From contig NC_043001.1 of assembly GCF_006345805.1 (NCBI RefSeq), positions 28,768,001-28,832,000 of the forward strand: 64,000 nucleotides of DNA, in the 5' to 3' direction. The stretch comes from Octopus sinensis (lineage: Eukaryota). Shown here one piece after another: positions 62,550 to 64,000 of the stretch (position 1 is its first letter; every line of letters begins with the position of its first letter). The translations under genes and the position numbers were made by a program. The notes beneath the pieces were generated by a model. It did not search any database. It was not told the DNA's origin and saw only the letters and a list, made by a program, of their open reading frames with translations.

Positions 62550-63480
62550 CACCCTAAAAGTAATACCAACAGACTCTACCTATCAAGAAAGGAAGAAGCA
62601 GATTGCTAAATGCAGAAGATACCATTAGTACTGCAATAGTAAAGTTGAAAAATTTTGTTATGTGGAATGAAGAAAATATACTATTGGGAGTTAGAGATGC
62701 ACTAAAAGTTATTGAAGTGGCAGGGGAATTCAAGAACAACAAAACAAGCAGATGGAAAGAAATGGAATCGCATGGTCAATTCAGGCAACAAACCAAGGAT
62801 GTTGGAAGTAAAGAACACTGGCACTAGGTGAGAGATGGAAACCTGAAATGAAAGAGCATAGTGTTATTTATAACCACCCAAGAACACCATAAAGATGAAT
62901 CTGATAAAAGCAAAGATTGACAAATCTCAGACTGCAAATGTAGTATTTTGGGGGAACAAGATGAAAGTATCAATTATCTCTTGAGTGAGTGCAGTCAGCT
63001 AGCACAGAAAGAGTATAAGCACAGGCATAACTGTGTAGGTAGAAGAGTACATTAGAATGTTAGCTGAGTGTGTGGATTTGAAATAACAGGATTGTGGTAT
63101 GAACACAAACTCAAGACAGTGATAGAGAACGAGAATTATAGGATCTAATGAGACTTCCCCATTAAGATTGACCATATTATTGAAGCAAGACAGCCAAATA
63201 TTATTATAGAGAACAAAATAAACAAACAGTATAAGATCATAGACTATGCAATTCCCTATGATAATAGAGTTGATTCCAAAGAAATTTTAAAAACTGTGAA
63301 ATATCAGGGTCTAGTAAGGGAGCTGAAAACTAAAACAATAATTATTCCTGTGGAAGATGAAGATAGCAATTATTTCTGTGATAGCTGGTGCACTTGGCAC
63401 TACATTCAAAATGCTACTGAAAGATATTGGAATTGAGACTCACATTGTTCAATCTGCAGAAAAGTACCATCTCACACTGT
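62550..63480 (+). mobile_element. R4/Dong-clade (RLE) non-LTR retrotransposon C-terminal remnant
   Basis: HPKSNTNRLYLPIK, HGQFRQQT, CKC...ESINYLLSECSQLAQKEYKHRH (CCHC region), WYEH, DFPIKIDHIIEARQPNII...IIDYAIPYD (PD..D nuclease). Stops present. Confidence 0.82.
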
Positions 63481-64000
63481 TTCCTGTGACACACACAAAC
63501 TGAACACAAACACTGCACTGTTCTCAAAACTTACATTTTAAAGGCATTACATGAACTTTTTCCTCACTTGCATGTGTTTCACATTTCAGCACAGTTTTGC
63601 ATCTATGACCTCTGAATGTGGACAATGTTCTATTTAATTTCACATTTGGCTTTTTGTATTTAATATTCTAGTACTTGCTTTGTTTGCGGTATTGCCAGCA
63701 AGAGCTTTACAATTTAAACTTTACACAAGCATACATGTATTGTTCTTTTATCTTGTGTCTGTTATTGTCTGTACACAATTTGCTGCATGTTTTGTTAATG
63801 TTAACAGTATTTTGACCCTGTAGTTTTCAGCCTAACACCTCATCCTGGATCTACATTTCTGTTCTGTGCATAATTGGCTTCATGTCTTTTATTTTTATAC
63901 TTGTTTTACTCATTTTAATGCTCACATTACACGTTGTTCTTTGGCATGTAATGATTTTGCCACCTTTTCATTTTCATTCAGTTACCTTCCAACAACCTCA

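Overview
Eukaryotic, AT-rich, repeat-saturated DNA. The dominant tRNA-derived SINEs and abundant (TA)n/(CA)n/(TG)n tracts point to a coleoid cephalopod, most probably Octopus; this is recognition of the repeat families, not a database match. I could not confidently support any host protein-coding exon, and nearly all ORFs in the track come from SINEs or microsatellites. Supported content: about 20 OR-type CORE-like SINE copies, two other SINE families, decayed RTE, CR1-group and R4/Dong LINEs, and a Ty3/Gypsy pol remnant. Also present are mariner, maT, Merlin-like, hAT, piggyBac-type and Helitron-like DNA elements, Penelope-type termini with minimal hammerhead-ribozyme-like motifs, a U2 snRNA pseudogene fragment, a 26-bp minisatellite derived from the RTE 3'UTR, and many long fold-back palindromes. 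No CRISPR, rRNA or intact tRNA gene was seen. Coordinates were counted by eye, so diverged element ends may be off by tens of bases.
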